NCBI GenBank assembly: GCA_016748015.1
Contig: JAAOMT010000608.1
Location: 124,001-188,000, forward strand
Direction of reading: 5' to 3'
From: Geosiphon pyriformis uo1
Lineage: Eukaryota > Fungi > Glomeromycota
DNA: 64,000 nt
How positions within the stretch are numbered: the stretch's first letter is position 1; each line of letters begins with the position of its first letter. The position numbers and the translations under genes are program-made. This document shows positions 27,363 to 40,836 of the stretch, in pieces. The notes beneath the pieces were generated by a model. It was not told where the DNA came from. It worked only from the letters and a program-made list of their open reading frames with translations, and did not search any database.

Positions 27363-28824
27363 TAGTTAGTTTTTAGCTTGAAATATAATTGATATCTTAT
27401 TTGGAAAATTTAATCTTTGACTTCAAATGATATTATTTTTGCTTTATGATATGAAAATGAAAAAGAGAAAAAACAAAATTTTTATTTCTAACTATTTAGT
27501 CATGAGCCATTTTTTAGCTAATTTATTTATGATGTTGAAAATTGTTTTTGATTAAATTGAAAGTTTTCATATCTGAAGATTTGGAAACTGATACTGAAAT
27601 TTAGAAATGTCTTGTACCTAAATAACTTGGATAATCTAAATTCAATTATTTATTTGGAAGCAATAAAAAAACATAAAATTAAAATTTATAATCGAAAATT
27701 TTGAATTGAAAAATAATAGCAAAAATAAATTTAATTATAAAAATTAAGTATTTTGTGTATCAATTGTAAAAAGTTTTTTGTATAGCCATAAATTTATATT
27801 AATTAATATATTTTGCTATATTATACAATATACAGTTAAAATTTTTTAAATTCATTTTATAAAAATTAACTAAATTACTGTTTTAAGATCATAAATAAGT
27901 TTTTAAATATTGAAACATTAAGCACCGTAGAATAATTTATACAAATAAAAAACGAGTATTATTAACTAAATAATTAATAGTAAAAAAAATAAAAGTTTTT
28001 GAATATAATTAAAAAACAATATAATGTTTTCAAAAAACTGATGTTATCAAAATGAAAATGGAACAATTTAAAACAGATTCAAAAAAATAACTCAATAAAC
28101 AAACAAGTAATTAAAAGCACCATTGCTAATTTCAAAATTTTTACAAGTTGTTATAAATAAAAAAATTAATTTATTAATTTATTAATGCAATCAAAAATTT
28201 TTTTATATTAAATATAAAAATTTATTACTTAAATACTAGATTTTTTTTTTTTTTTTAAACTGATTTTATTTTTACCAATTAAAATAATAATATATGATAA
28301 AAAATTATTAAAATTGTAATAGTGTAAAAGATTCTGAAAATATTTGTTTAAATAATCTATTTACATATGTTGAAAGCAACCAACATGAAAAAAGATAATT
28401 TCTTAATTTAAATATCTTATATACTATTTTTTTTACCCATTTTAATTGTTGCATTAATTATGACGTGCATTAATAACCTGTATTAACGAGGGTCACAATT
28501 GGTGCCACTGTGTATCAAGACTACAATGGTAAATGTGGATATTTCAAGTTTTCAAGACTTTAAAAAAAGTTGTGAAGGTCGCTTAATAATTAAAGTTATG
28601 GTTTCTCAAAATAAGATTAAATAAAATAAGATGAATGCTTAAAAAGTGTAACGTTTCGATGATACCCATTCAAAAATAGGTCATCTTTGTGGCGTGAATG
28701 ACTAAATTTAAAAGGAAATAACGAACTCATCAATCAATAAGGTTTTGGAACGTAATGACCTACAATATAAAAGTCAGTTAAATCAAGCTTCATTGAGAAA
28801 TAATTTCGAAAAAAAAATATTAAC

Positions 28825-30577
28825 ATGTCATTCATTTACGATATTAATTACTTCGATTTGGCTCTTTGTTTAATAACCATTTATGTTTTCCATTACTATT
28901 ACAATTATTTCACAAGAGAAAATCCACTCCCTGGTCCCCTTCCACTTCCAATAATTGGTAATCTTCATCAAATGGGGGATCCTGGAAAACTCGGCAAGAA
29001 ATTATACGCAAAATATGGTGACATTTTTGAAGTCTATATGGGCTCGGAACGACAAATATGGGTCTCAAAAAAAGACATAGTTGACAAGATCCTTGCTCCT
29101 TCGGCAAAAACTAACTTTTTTAATAAGGTATTTAAAATGAGTTTAAACCCTTCCTAAACCATTAATTGTTAATGAGAAAAATGTTCTATTAGGGAGCTTA
29201 CTCGGATGGTTTGAATGAAATTGGTGTACATTCGAATGGTATATTATTCAATCGAAACATTAATAGTTGGAGATTCAATAGAAAGTTTGCTGTTCAGGCC
29301 TTGACATCGATCCCATATCTCAAGGAAATCCACGAAACTTCTCAACAGCAATTTACCCAAGTGACAAACTATTGGGAGAAAATTGGTTCAAAAACACCCA
29401 TCAATATTGTCGAATGGCTTGAATGTTTTACTGCAGAAATTGTTATAAAAAACACAGCCAATCATGTAGTACATTTATTGGAAGCTTATTATACTAAACA
29501 CTTTCCAAATTTCAGTCAAAACACTCTTGAGATTTCTTTAGTGAAGGAATCTCAGAAATTAGTTGATCTTTTGTGTGCAATCCTGGGAATTGTTACATAT
29601 CTGATGGTTTTTCCTCATTGGGTACGACATTACATTCCTGGCTTCAAACAATACAATGATCACTGTTTAAAAACGAAGGCTGATTTGGATGAAAGAATCC
29701 TAAAATTGATCGCAAAACGAAGAGCTGAAATTGCCAAATTAAATCCAGATCAAGATAGAGGCCTTGATCTGCTTTCAGTCTTGGCAACAACGAATACAAC
29801 TCTTGATACCAATCAGATTTCAAAGAGTGAATTTGAACGAACTTTGACGGATGACGAAATACGAGCAATCATGATTGAAATGTTTGTTGGTGCAACAGAT
29901 TCAGTAAGATCATTAAGATTTCCCAATTAAAACTTATTTTCGTTGAAGACGAATAGACCAATAATAAAATTTTACTGACCTGAACTGTTTTTTAGACCGC
30001 TTTTTCGATTTGCTATATAATTTATTACCTCAACAAATATCCTCATGTCCTTGAAAAACTTCGTCACGAAATTTTTACAATCCTTGATAAAGACCCTGAT
30101 TCACCAATACCTTACGAAAAACTTGAAAAATTCGTTTACTGTGAAGCAGTTATTTTTGAGGTGAATCGTCTGATTACTGTTGTTCCTGTCATCCCCAAAC
30201 AATCTAACGAGGCAGATGAAATTGGTGGATACAATTGGAAAGCTGGAACTGTATTTTATATGAATCTTCAAATTATCAACGAGAACCCTTTATTATTCCC
30301 GGATCCAACAAAATTCGACCCCGAAAGGTATTTGATCAACAATGAAGAAGTTCCTGGTGAATTTAAGATCGATCAGAAAAAAGTTAACATGTTTAGTCAT
30401 GGGGTACATGTTTGTCCAGGTAGGCATATGGCGATGGTATTGATGAAATCCTTTATTGTAGCACTTTATAGGAAATACAATGCAAGACTAGTCGATGAGA
30501 ATGCTCCTTTAGATATATATTGTGATCTTTTGAATAAGTGTAAACCGTTTAATGTTTTTATCTCACCTAGAGTTTAA
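28825..30577 (+). CDS. Cytochrome P450, membrane-anchored
   Basis: N-terminal TM plus PGPLPLPIIGNLHQ; I-helix FVGATDS|T; EVNR; FDPERY; heme motif FSHGVHVCPG; introns 29128-29192 and 29904-29995. Confidence 0.95.
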
Positions 30578-32735
30578 TGATTTTTAGATTTTTACTTAAC
30601 ATCCAATATAATAGTTTTAAAATTTATGTAATCATCTCTTTGAATTAGTAGTTCTAATAAAATTTCAATCAATCAAAAGTTCTGTACAGTTAAGAAAGGA
30701 AAAGTATCATAAAATCAAAAGGAGCTTTTTTCAGGGTTAAAAGATTTTTTTAATTTTAAGATTAAATTACAAAAATAATGTACAGTATATTGTTAGCCAA
30801 TAGAATTGAGCCAAATAAAAAAGAATTACCGTTTCCCAATAAACAATTTTAAATCCATTGAGCACACGAAAAAGTCTAATCGATTTTTCTGCTGTGAAAA
30901 TGTGAATAATTTAATAGAGTATATGTACGAAAACTGTTTTAGTGAAAAAGGCTTTTACCAACTGTTTTTTTTTTATTTTAATTTGAGATTTTGAATATTT
31001 ATTTTTATTATAATACACAAGACTATCTTTTAAAATTCAATTTTATTTAATTCATGGTTGGCTTGACAGTACATTATTTAGTTTAAAAACTACAACAATT
31101 TGTTTACAAATGTAAGTATGTGTGTCTTTTTTAATACCACACATTTTATTGATAAATTTCAAATATTTTTACCGATTGTATGCAATTGTGTTTTTAAAAA
31201 AATTGGTAAATTTGGCTTTAAAACAATTTTATTGTCTTAAATATGTTTGTTTTTGCCATACACACAGAATTTCTCTTAAGAAAAAATGACTATTAATTGA
31301 TAATTTTATTACTTTGATTTACTTTGGTATACTTAAAACTGAGTTGTATTTTAATTGTCAAATTAAAAATAACTATTTTATAATTTGTACAATGTTTTGA
31401 CTGAACATCTTTTAATACTTTTTTTATTTAAACACATCTAATTCAATTTTAATTTGCTATTTACTATAATGTTCATCTTGTTAGCCTTTTTAATAACCGC
31501 AAGTTTTCTGATTTAGTAGTAAATTACATTTCTAAATTTTTGGAAAATAGAAAGCTTTTTTTTTTTTGCTTTATTGAGTGTAATCCAACCACAATACACA
31601 TTTTTTAAAATAAAAGTGGTTTAGGCGCTTTCTACACACGAATTAATTTATTCTTTTTTAATATGCTTTATTGAATGTAACTCAACTGCTATTTACTTAC
31701 CAAAATTTATTCTTAAAATATTTTTTAAAATAAAAAAATTACTGTTTTTTATTAATTAAATTACCAAAATCAAATATAATATAAAGTGTGCATATAATTT
31801 AATAGGTACATAATAATAATGTAATATAAAAATAATATTAGACATTGCGATCTAAAATATAAGTAAAAAATATAGGAACAAAATATTAAGATTATTAGAA
31901 ATAATAATAATAATAATAATAATGTGGCTGGAGATAATAAAAATAAAATAATAATAATAATTATTATTAAGTGTGGTCAAAGGTTGTATATAGTGATACT
32001 TGGTTCTTGGAGCAAGTTGGAACTTTTACATTTTTAGTAATATTTAAGCAGTTTGATTTTGGTTGCAATTATAAATAATTCAAAATTGATAAAACTAACA
32101 ATTGTAATAGTACAATACATGGGTATATTTGGAGGGAAAAAATAGTAATTAATTAATGAAATACATGAGAAACTTTAGAGACTACTTTCTAAACAATAAA
32201 TTTTTCATTTTAAAATAATAAATAGAGTTATTAAGATTTTATATCTCTTTCAAGTAGAAACATAGGTGACAAGATGAAATCACATATTTTAGATTCTCTG
32301 ATTACTGAATTGCTTGATTATGTTTTATGACTTCAAAAGAATTATTCAAGATAAACATACTCTAGTTTTTGTGAGAATACATGGAATTATATAAACAAAG
32401 ATTGGCACATATTTTAAATCGCAAACTATCTAGCTATTTTTGCATCATATTAATCAAGCAACAAAGAATTTTTGTATTATTTTTTTAATAATATTCAATT
32501 TCTTTCGAGCAAAATTAGTTTTATTTAAATTTTTGATTATTAAATATGGAAACGGTCGATAAAAATATCAATTTGTCATATTAAAATTATTTAACTATTT
32601 CCCTTACTTCAAAACAAAAAAAAAGGTTTAATTTTTTCCTACATTATTGAAGAACTTAATGCATGATACATGCCCCTTGCAAATCTCAATTAGGATATTG
32701 TACAAAAGTCTGCCATTATATTTTCGCCACCTTAA

Positions 32736-33194
32736 ATGAATATTGACCTAAACTCCTTTTCCCAAGTTTTTTACCCTCTAAAGAGTTCAGTAGTTGAAGA
32801 TGAAGACCTTATTACCCGTCTTCGGACATGGCTTCATGATAATAAAACAACCTTCCAAAGTGTTCGTGAAAGATTAAAACTCGATAGTGAATCGAGTCAT
32901 TTGAAAGAATATGCATGCATTTTAGGCTTTTTTTATCGTCATGGTTTGGGGATGAACGAACCGAACCTGGAAAAAGCTTTCAAATATTACCGAATTGCCG
33001 CCGAAAATGACAACCCTTTTGGGCAAAGACAATGGGCTCAGGTTCGAATTGCTGATTTGTATTTTCAAGGAATCGGGACTAGGGAAGACATTCATAAAAG
33101 TCTTCAATGGTACAGGAAAGCTATGGAAAATCACTCAATCGATGTTTATCACGAAATATCAGCAATTTTCACTTCACATTGGTATAGGGTTTAA
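32736..33194 (+). CDS. Short Sel1-like repeat protein
   Basis: ILGFFYRHGLGMNEPNLEKAFKYYRIAAEND and AQVRIADLYFQGIGTREDIHKSLQWYRKA. Confidence 0.85.
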   Translation: MNIDLNSFSQVFYPLKSSVVEDEDLITRLRTWLHDNKTTFQSVRERLKLDSESSHLKEYACILGFFYRHGLGMNEPNLEKAFKYYRIAAENDNPFGQRQWAQVRIADLYFQGIGTREDIHKSLQWYRKAMENHSIDVYHEISAIFTSHWYRV

Positions 33195-35017
33195 CACAGT
33201 ATATTAGATTTTTATTTATTAAAAAACTAAGGATTATAGAAGAAAGATTCAAATATTCATTTTGAAATAGAATTTGCCATCTCAACAAAAAACTTTAGCC
33301 ATTTTCAGGAAAAAGAAAGACTGCCTCAGATATAATTTTACAGGGGATTATCAAGCTCAAGTTTATTTCAAAGGAAACCATTTACAGACGGCAAATTTAC
33401 CCTTTGGTGGGGGTTGAATTATGCTTAGAATTATTCACTTATTGGTGCAAATCTAAGAATCAAATTTTTCTATCAAAAATCAGACATTTCAGATTTCCAA
33501 TTGATTCTTTCACATGTGAAAGACTTAATTTAAGGATTAATAAGTACTGATTAAATTTTTATTTAAGATCGTGGGTGCATTCATTGTTGAGATCAAGCTT
33601 TACCCAAAATGTAATACAAACCTTTAATAAATTCTTGTCATAGGTTTAATAAGATAAAATTTATTACGAACTCGAGAGATTCAGTTTTGTTAAAAAAATA
33701 AGTTGATAATCAAGTAAATAAATAAATACACCTTATTAATTTCATTTAAAGTTGTTCTTTCTATTATATATTAGCCATTAAAGTTATAATTAAAAATGGA
33801 TGCTCAGATCGTGGTAATTTATGTAGTATTTATTTAACAAATAATTATATGTATAAATATAATCAATTAACTTGTATAATAGTTATTTATCTTTACATTT
33901 TCATTTTTAGTTCTAATTATGTGATAAATAAATATCATATAATTTAAATAATTAGTTTAATATTTATTTTCAAAATCAATTATTGATTTAATTATTGACC
34001 TAATCATTAATTTTTTGACCAAATTGTATGAAAAAATACTTTAAACTTATAAAAAAAATATCTTTTTTATTTTCTATTTTGTTGTACTTAATAATAAAAA
34101 GCTAATGAAATTCGAAAATTTACATAGATAATATTGATATCAAAATTTTAAACTTATCTTAATTAAATAAGATTTACAAACTATTTTTAAATTTCTAAAT
34201 CTTTTTGTTAAAAAATAATATCTCAAAAGATATTTTTTTATTAAACAACTTATAATATTTAAATTGTAATAATAAGTTAAAATATTTAATATATTGTAAC
34301 AAAAATTATTATTATTTTATTAAGTAATTCTTAATATAGGGTGTTATCTTTAAAAGTTTAATTAATTTTCAAAGCAGATTTTAGAATTCATTTATTATAG
34401 TAAAAAAAATGTTTACAATGTTTAATATTATATTTTTTATGAGTTTTTACAAAAACAGTTTTAAGTCTATTTTTAGTTATTATATTTATTAAAAAGTTAT
34501 TTTATTTGATAAGTATTAAAAAAAATCTAATTCATATTTTTTGAGTTTCAATATTTTTTTGCATCAATGAATTTAAATTATAAGTTATATGTAAGTAAAA
34601 ATAATAATAAAAATGAAAATAACTTAAAAAGATAGTTTCAAACATTAATCAATATTTTTCACAATATAAAAATATAAAGCTAAAATTAAATTTTTGTGCC
34701 AAATTCAAATACATATTTTAAAACTGGTTTTATAAATATAATTTAAAGAAAATTGACAATATATAGCAATTAAGCATTATAATCATAATTATAATTAATT
34801 TAGAATTTATTATTTTAAAATTAAATATTAAACATTTAATTACAAATAATTAATTAATATAAATTTTTTAAATAATTTCCTTCATAAATAATGATTGTTC
34901 TTTAACCTATTTTTATATGCAAAAAATAATATTAGATTATTGTCTTTATTTAAAGTATATTTTTTTGAATAAAGTTTTTGTTATAAAATTATGTGATTGG
35001 GCCACACTCGGGATTGC

Positions 35018-35018
<1 letters not shown>

Positions 35019-35053
<35 letters not shown>
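35019..35053. repeat. (TAA)n microsatellite
   Basis: Direct reading. Confidence 0.9.
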
Positions 35054-35056
<3 letters not shown>

Positions 35057-35875
35057 TTATAACATATGTTTTTAAATGAAAAATATTGTTTTTTACAAAA
35101 ATTATAAGAAATAAATTATTTATATATTTTGTATTTTTGTATTATTAAATAACCAATTTTTAATAAAAATAATATTAATTATAATTTAAATTTAATAAAC
35201 AAATTTTTCATTTGATAATTTAAAAAAAAAATTTTTTTCAACAGTTTTATATATACTAATATTTACTAAGAAATAATTGATTTAATTAATAAAACAATAA
35301 TGATTTTTTATCATAAAAATTTGCAAACATGTTGGAAAGAAACAACGCTTTTAAAAGAATAACGATTCAAAGCATGTAAAAAATTACGTATGAAATTTTA
35401 TGTCAATAAAATCTGTTGCTTTGTATATATCATATAATTCTATAATTAATCTTGCAAAATTAGTTTTTGTAGATAGCATGAAAAATTATGATGAAATAGA
35501 ATGTAAAAGAAAAAAACTAATTCGAAGGAAGAAGGGTGGGAAAAGAAAGTAGCAATAAAATTGGTAAAGATATCTTGGCAGAAGAGTGATAAATTTTTTC
35601 GATAAATTAGAGGTCGCATGGGTAATTTCTTAGATAATCGATATTGGGTAGGAATTTATAACTTTGAATTAAGTTAACGAGTAAACAATAAAATATCAAA
35701 CTTAGAATAATATTCTTTAGGTGTGAGAGAATACCTTTTAAAAAGCTAACTATTTTAACATATTGAAATGAATATAATAAACTTGATAATTTATGTTTTA
35801 TAATGTGATAAAGGTTATCTGGAATTCTTCCGTTATGAAAATTAAAATGACAAGTACCGATCACGATTAGATCTA

Positions 35876-37135
35876 TTAAGAGTTATCTAAATATAATAGA
35901 TAGCATAAATAATGTAGTGTTAAAGAAGAGCATAAACTTTATTAATGATTAATGATAGATGTAATATCTTACCTTCAGGCAAATAGACTAATTCTTTTAA
36001 AAGTAAAGTAATTTGATGTAAATTTGTAATACACTGTATATTAAATTAATGAATCAATATAAAATAGATAAACTAACCTTCAGAAAAATTAACCATCTGT
36101 GCAGTTAAAAGACGACTTGTATAAACTGCTCCTGGATGAATGCGCGTTGGCGTTGTCGAGGATTTTGTTATTTCGTCGTGTTTCTTAGTTTTTTTCAGAT
36201 ATTGAATATATTTTGAAAATCTTCCTAAAGGTTTTGTTGTCATCACGCATTTATCTGATTCTAAAAATTGTAAAATTAACATTTCTGCACCGCATTTAGC
36301 TGATTCTACAAACTGTAGAATTTCATCTTTAGACTTCTCATTTTTGAACCGCCTGTACATCTCCATAAGGCTCCACAACTTATCCGCAACTTTATAGGCA
36401 GTAGGACGATTCTTAGGATTAACATCCCAACACTTTTTCATTATTTTAGCAATTGAAGGTGGGATAAGTGGGGAGGTAATCGTAGGTCTAGCCCCATTTA
36501 AAATAGCCATTATAAGAATTTGATCATGTTCACAATCATGAAAGGGAGGCTTTCCTGTTGCTAATTCCCATAATAGCATGGCAAAACTATAAATATCACC
36601 AGCCGAAGTAAACTTTTCTCCTCTTAAAACTTCTGGTGGAATGTACGGAATCGATCCATATATCTTTTTTTCCGATGCCACTGTTGTTACTTCATTGTTT
36701 ACTGGTTGACATAATCCGAGGTCCCCAATTTGTGTGTTAGCGAAACTAGATTCATATTGTAGGATGTTGCCCGAGTGTAGGTCACGATGAACCATACCAG
36801 AAGAATGAATTGAAAAAAGTCCTTGGGCTATAGAATGCGCGATCCCTAATTTATCAGACCAACTCGTAGAATGAAAATTTGTTGATAAATATTTTCGCAT
36901 GTCTCCATGTTCAGCAAACTCCATCACAATTCCATACTCGAGTGTTTCAGCGTTTTGCGTAATCCCAAATATTGAAGAGATATAATCTAAGTCTTTACCG
37001 TTTTTATTGATAAACATAGCTCTTTGAATATTTAACTATAAACACAGTGTAAAAAGTAAATAATTAATATAAATAATTAAACAATAATATACAGTAAATA
37101 AATAAATAAATAATAGTAAATATGAATTTTATATA

Positions 37136-37172
<37 letters not shown>

Positions 37173-37635
37173 TAATTACCTCTTTAAACACTTCTGAACT
37201 GCTCGTTTTTATAATTTTTATTGCTACTTGCATCCCTTTGCTATGTTCCCATCTTTTATATTCCATTTCACCATGATGTTTTATAGTTGCTACATCAATT
37301 AATCCATCAATTAGGGTTGCTTTATAAATTATACCGAATCCTCCTTTAGCAATTTTATTGATATTCGACAAACGGTCCCATGGAATCCAAGAATAGTAAT
37401 TCAATCTAGCATATTCATTATAATACTTAATAGGTGGAAGATAGATTGGATTCTTAATGATTTCATCAACTACTTTATTGCCGCTTGAAAAGTTGTGATA
37501 AAGTTTTTCAAAAAATAGGAACCAGCATGTAGCGCAGTGATTCGGTTTATTTTTTAGAATACTCTCTTGACAAAGTTTACATTCGTTGCAATTATGAACT
37601 TCTGGACGAGTTCTTTTAACTTCTTTATTTTCCAT
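35876..37635 (-). CDS. Tyrosine-kinase-like protein kinase (type expanded in Glomeromycotina)
   Basis: Cys-rich N-terminus, SSGNKVVDEII, WIPWDRL, AKGGFGIIYKA, VAIK, HRDLHSGNIL, GDLG, GSIPYIPPE, DIYSFAMLLWE, IHPGAVYTSRLL; intron 37036-37179 and two short 3' exons ending at TAA 35878-35876. Confidence 0.95.
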
Positions 37636-40600
37636 GATTAACTTTATGTAAATAAAAATAAAATTGAATAGGCTATTTTTCGAATAGGTTTTTTAAAAAG
37701 AACAAGGTTTTGTTTAGAAACTAATTTTTTAAAGGTAGTTAGTATTTATGTTATTTCCCTGTGTTCACATTAATTTATTCATCAAACTATGATTCGCTAC
37801 AAATCATACTGTCTCATTTGTAGAACCACAACAAAAGTAATACCGATTAAAACTATTTAGATTTTGTGTCATGCATGAAAAAATATCATACTGCTGAAAT
37901 TCTTTATCGTGTTTCTAAATTTCAAAAAAGACCAACAGATTAATGTTATTTTTGTTTACCTTTGATCTTCTATTTATTCTCTCCGCCACCCTTTTATTTA
38001 TCCACCGTTATATTACCATTCTGCCGAAACTTATTCATCTATTCACTAAAAACTTTAAGAAGAAGTACTTCCAATAAGTGCATGTCCATCGCCATTATAA
38101 CTAGGACTGTAATATATATTTGTTATAATTAAGGCAATTATGAATTATAAAAAAAAATATAAATTTGAAGAAATATATTTTAATTTAATATTCTTTTTAA
38201 TTAAGCTTTATTTCAATTACTAACAAATAGTTTATTTTAATAACATAAAAAAAACCACTTTTTATTAATCAATAACCAATCTTTATTATAAATTTAAATT
38301 TAAATATTACTTTAATATCGCTTGAAATTGTATTATAATATTATTTTATATATATAATGAATTTTTTCAATTTTTGATGGATTAAAATGATTTGAACGTT
38401 AATCAAAAATTAATGTGAATTTTCTTAACTGAAAATCACAAAAAACAACAAGTTTTATGATATTATGCAAAAAATTAAATATATTCATTATTTAGGAAAA
38501 AAATTTATAATAATTTACTATATAAAAATTATTTGCCATTTTTAATAAAATTAGTGAGATAAAATAATTAAAATATTAATATTAATTTTTCCAAAAAAAA
38601 AAGTTTTAAATAACAAATAGCAATAAAATTATAAAATCGTTTTTTTAAGAAAATTCAAATTAGAATATATTTAAAATTTAATATTTGTTTATCTTTCATT
38701 ACCTTTTTTCATTAATTAAACTTGAATTAAAATAATTTCGCTGAATTTTTACAAGGTAAAAAGAAATATATAATATATTGAATGATAGCTATTAAACCTT
38801 TATATCATTTTCAAAAATAATCTATTAAGTATAAATTAGAAAAAATAATTCAATTAATTAATTACTTGTCATGGACTATAATCGAAGGGAAATTAGTTTT
38901 AAATAATTACACATATTCAAAGTTTAGCATATTAATTAAATCAAAAATTATTCAATATGCTTTGAAGTTAATTACTAGAATTAAATATAATTAGTTTATA
39001 TGCTATTTGAAATTCTGAAAACTAAATATATAATAAATATTTCCATGTTTTGATAAACTCTATTACAATCTCATAATTATGTGTTTTATAATCATTTTTA
39101 TTAAAGAAATATATAATAAATTTCCAAATTAGCTTTTGAGAAATTATTTTTGAACAAGAAAAAACCAATAAAATAAAAATATAATAAATAAAACATTTGA
39201 AATCGAATGAATATTCTCATTATTTATTTCATGAATCTTATTACAAAATCTTTTATATTTTAACTTCAAACGATATATAGTATCTGAGTTGCTTTTATGA
39301 TAAATTTAAATTGGAGAATTTTATCAAGATCTTTTATTCTACACTTTGACTTTAGTTATTCTTTTAGTAGGGGAAAACCTTCTATTACTTAAAACTCTAA
39401 CACAAAATGGTAATTATAAACCCTTAAAAGGATTTCACAATGAGGTGAACAATTTTAATTTTTAAAAAAGTATTGATCACTGAAATAAATACAAAGAATA
39501 ACCATTTTTATTTGCAAAAATGTCTTTTTTTTTATACATAACAGAACTTAGAAAATCTGAAATTTTTTATCATATACTTTTTTTATATAATAAAACACAC
39601 TTTAAAAAAGTTAAAATAAATAATTTTTTAATATTTCAAGTAATTTTTTTAGTGTTATAACTAGTTGTATTATATTAAAACTTTTGAAAAAAAATTTGAA
39701 CAAATATATTTAGATTGTACTTATTAAAAAAACTTTGATTATTTATTGTTGTCAATTCAATTAAATTGAAAACAATTTATAAAACACAAAACATTTATTA
39801 TATATTGTATACTAAGAAAACTTTTTTTTTAGGTTTAATTAAAGCAAATATTAAAAAAATATTCTTAATTTTTTTATAATAATTAAGAAAACAAAAACTT
39901 AAAAAGTTTTTTTAATTATAAAAGTGGGTTTTAAATCAGAAAATTAAAGATTTTTATAAAACATCTTTTTTGGCTAAAGTTAAACATACTTTATTCATTA
40001 TTTTCTTGATTATATGTTTAACAAAATATCTAATTATTATTTTTAAATTTAAAGAAGTTTTAAATACAGCTGTTGTCAAAACTGGAATTTTGAAAAAATG
40101 TTTTATTGGTAAAAACATAACGCTAATCTAATTTATTAAATCTGTGTTATATGTCCGAGTTTTTATTTATTTTAATATATTTTTATTGAAAAACTAAAAA
40201 AAAACCTTGTATTTTTAAAAACTCAAATTTAGAGTTTTGTTTTAAATCTTTTGTAATATTGTGGGTTCTTTAATACAAAATATGGATTCTTTGAAACAAA
40301 TGTGATTAAACCTAATAATGTTTCTTTGAAAAAACCTGTGTGAATATTGTTAATGATCTGTATATATTTTCTTAAAAAAATGATTGAATTATTTACTTCA
40401 AAGTTGGTACATGTTTGTGCTATATTGAATGTATTGGCTTGTACGCAGACTGAGTACCTTGTGAATTCTGATGAAGCTCCTGTTTATTGGTATGGTAAAA
40501 AAAAAAATTTATAATCTTTAAAGTTTAGTTGTCTCAAGTATTGATCAGTTGAGGTGGCTGGTCCTGTGTAAAAAGTGCATGAGCTGACTTTAATATGGAG

Positions 40601-40836
40601 CATGTAGATTTTGGATGTATTTAAATAGCAGTTGGATCACACCATGTTAAAGCAATTAAAATAAATAAATAAATAAATAGATCAAGTAATTTTTAATGAT
40701 CAACATATAAAACGATCACTTTCAGGCTTGGCAAAAATTTTATTAGTGTGCGAGAAATCACACAATTTCGAACTTTGCGAAATATCTCCAAGTAAAATAA
40801 GTGAATTTACATCTGAAAGATCATCAATCTGGAAAT

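Noticed and set aside
34995-35053. Short GC patch followed by (TAA)n as a LINE 3' end
   Set aside because: Too short, with no RT remnant or target-site duplication visible.
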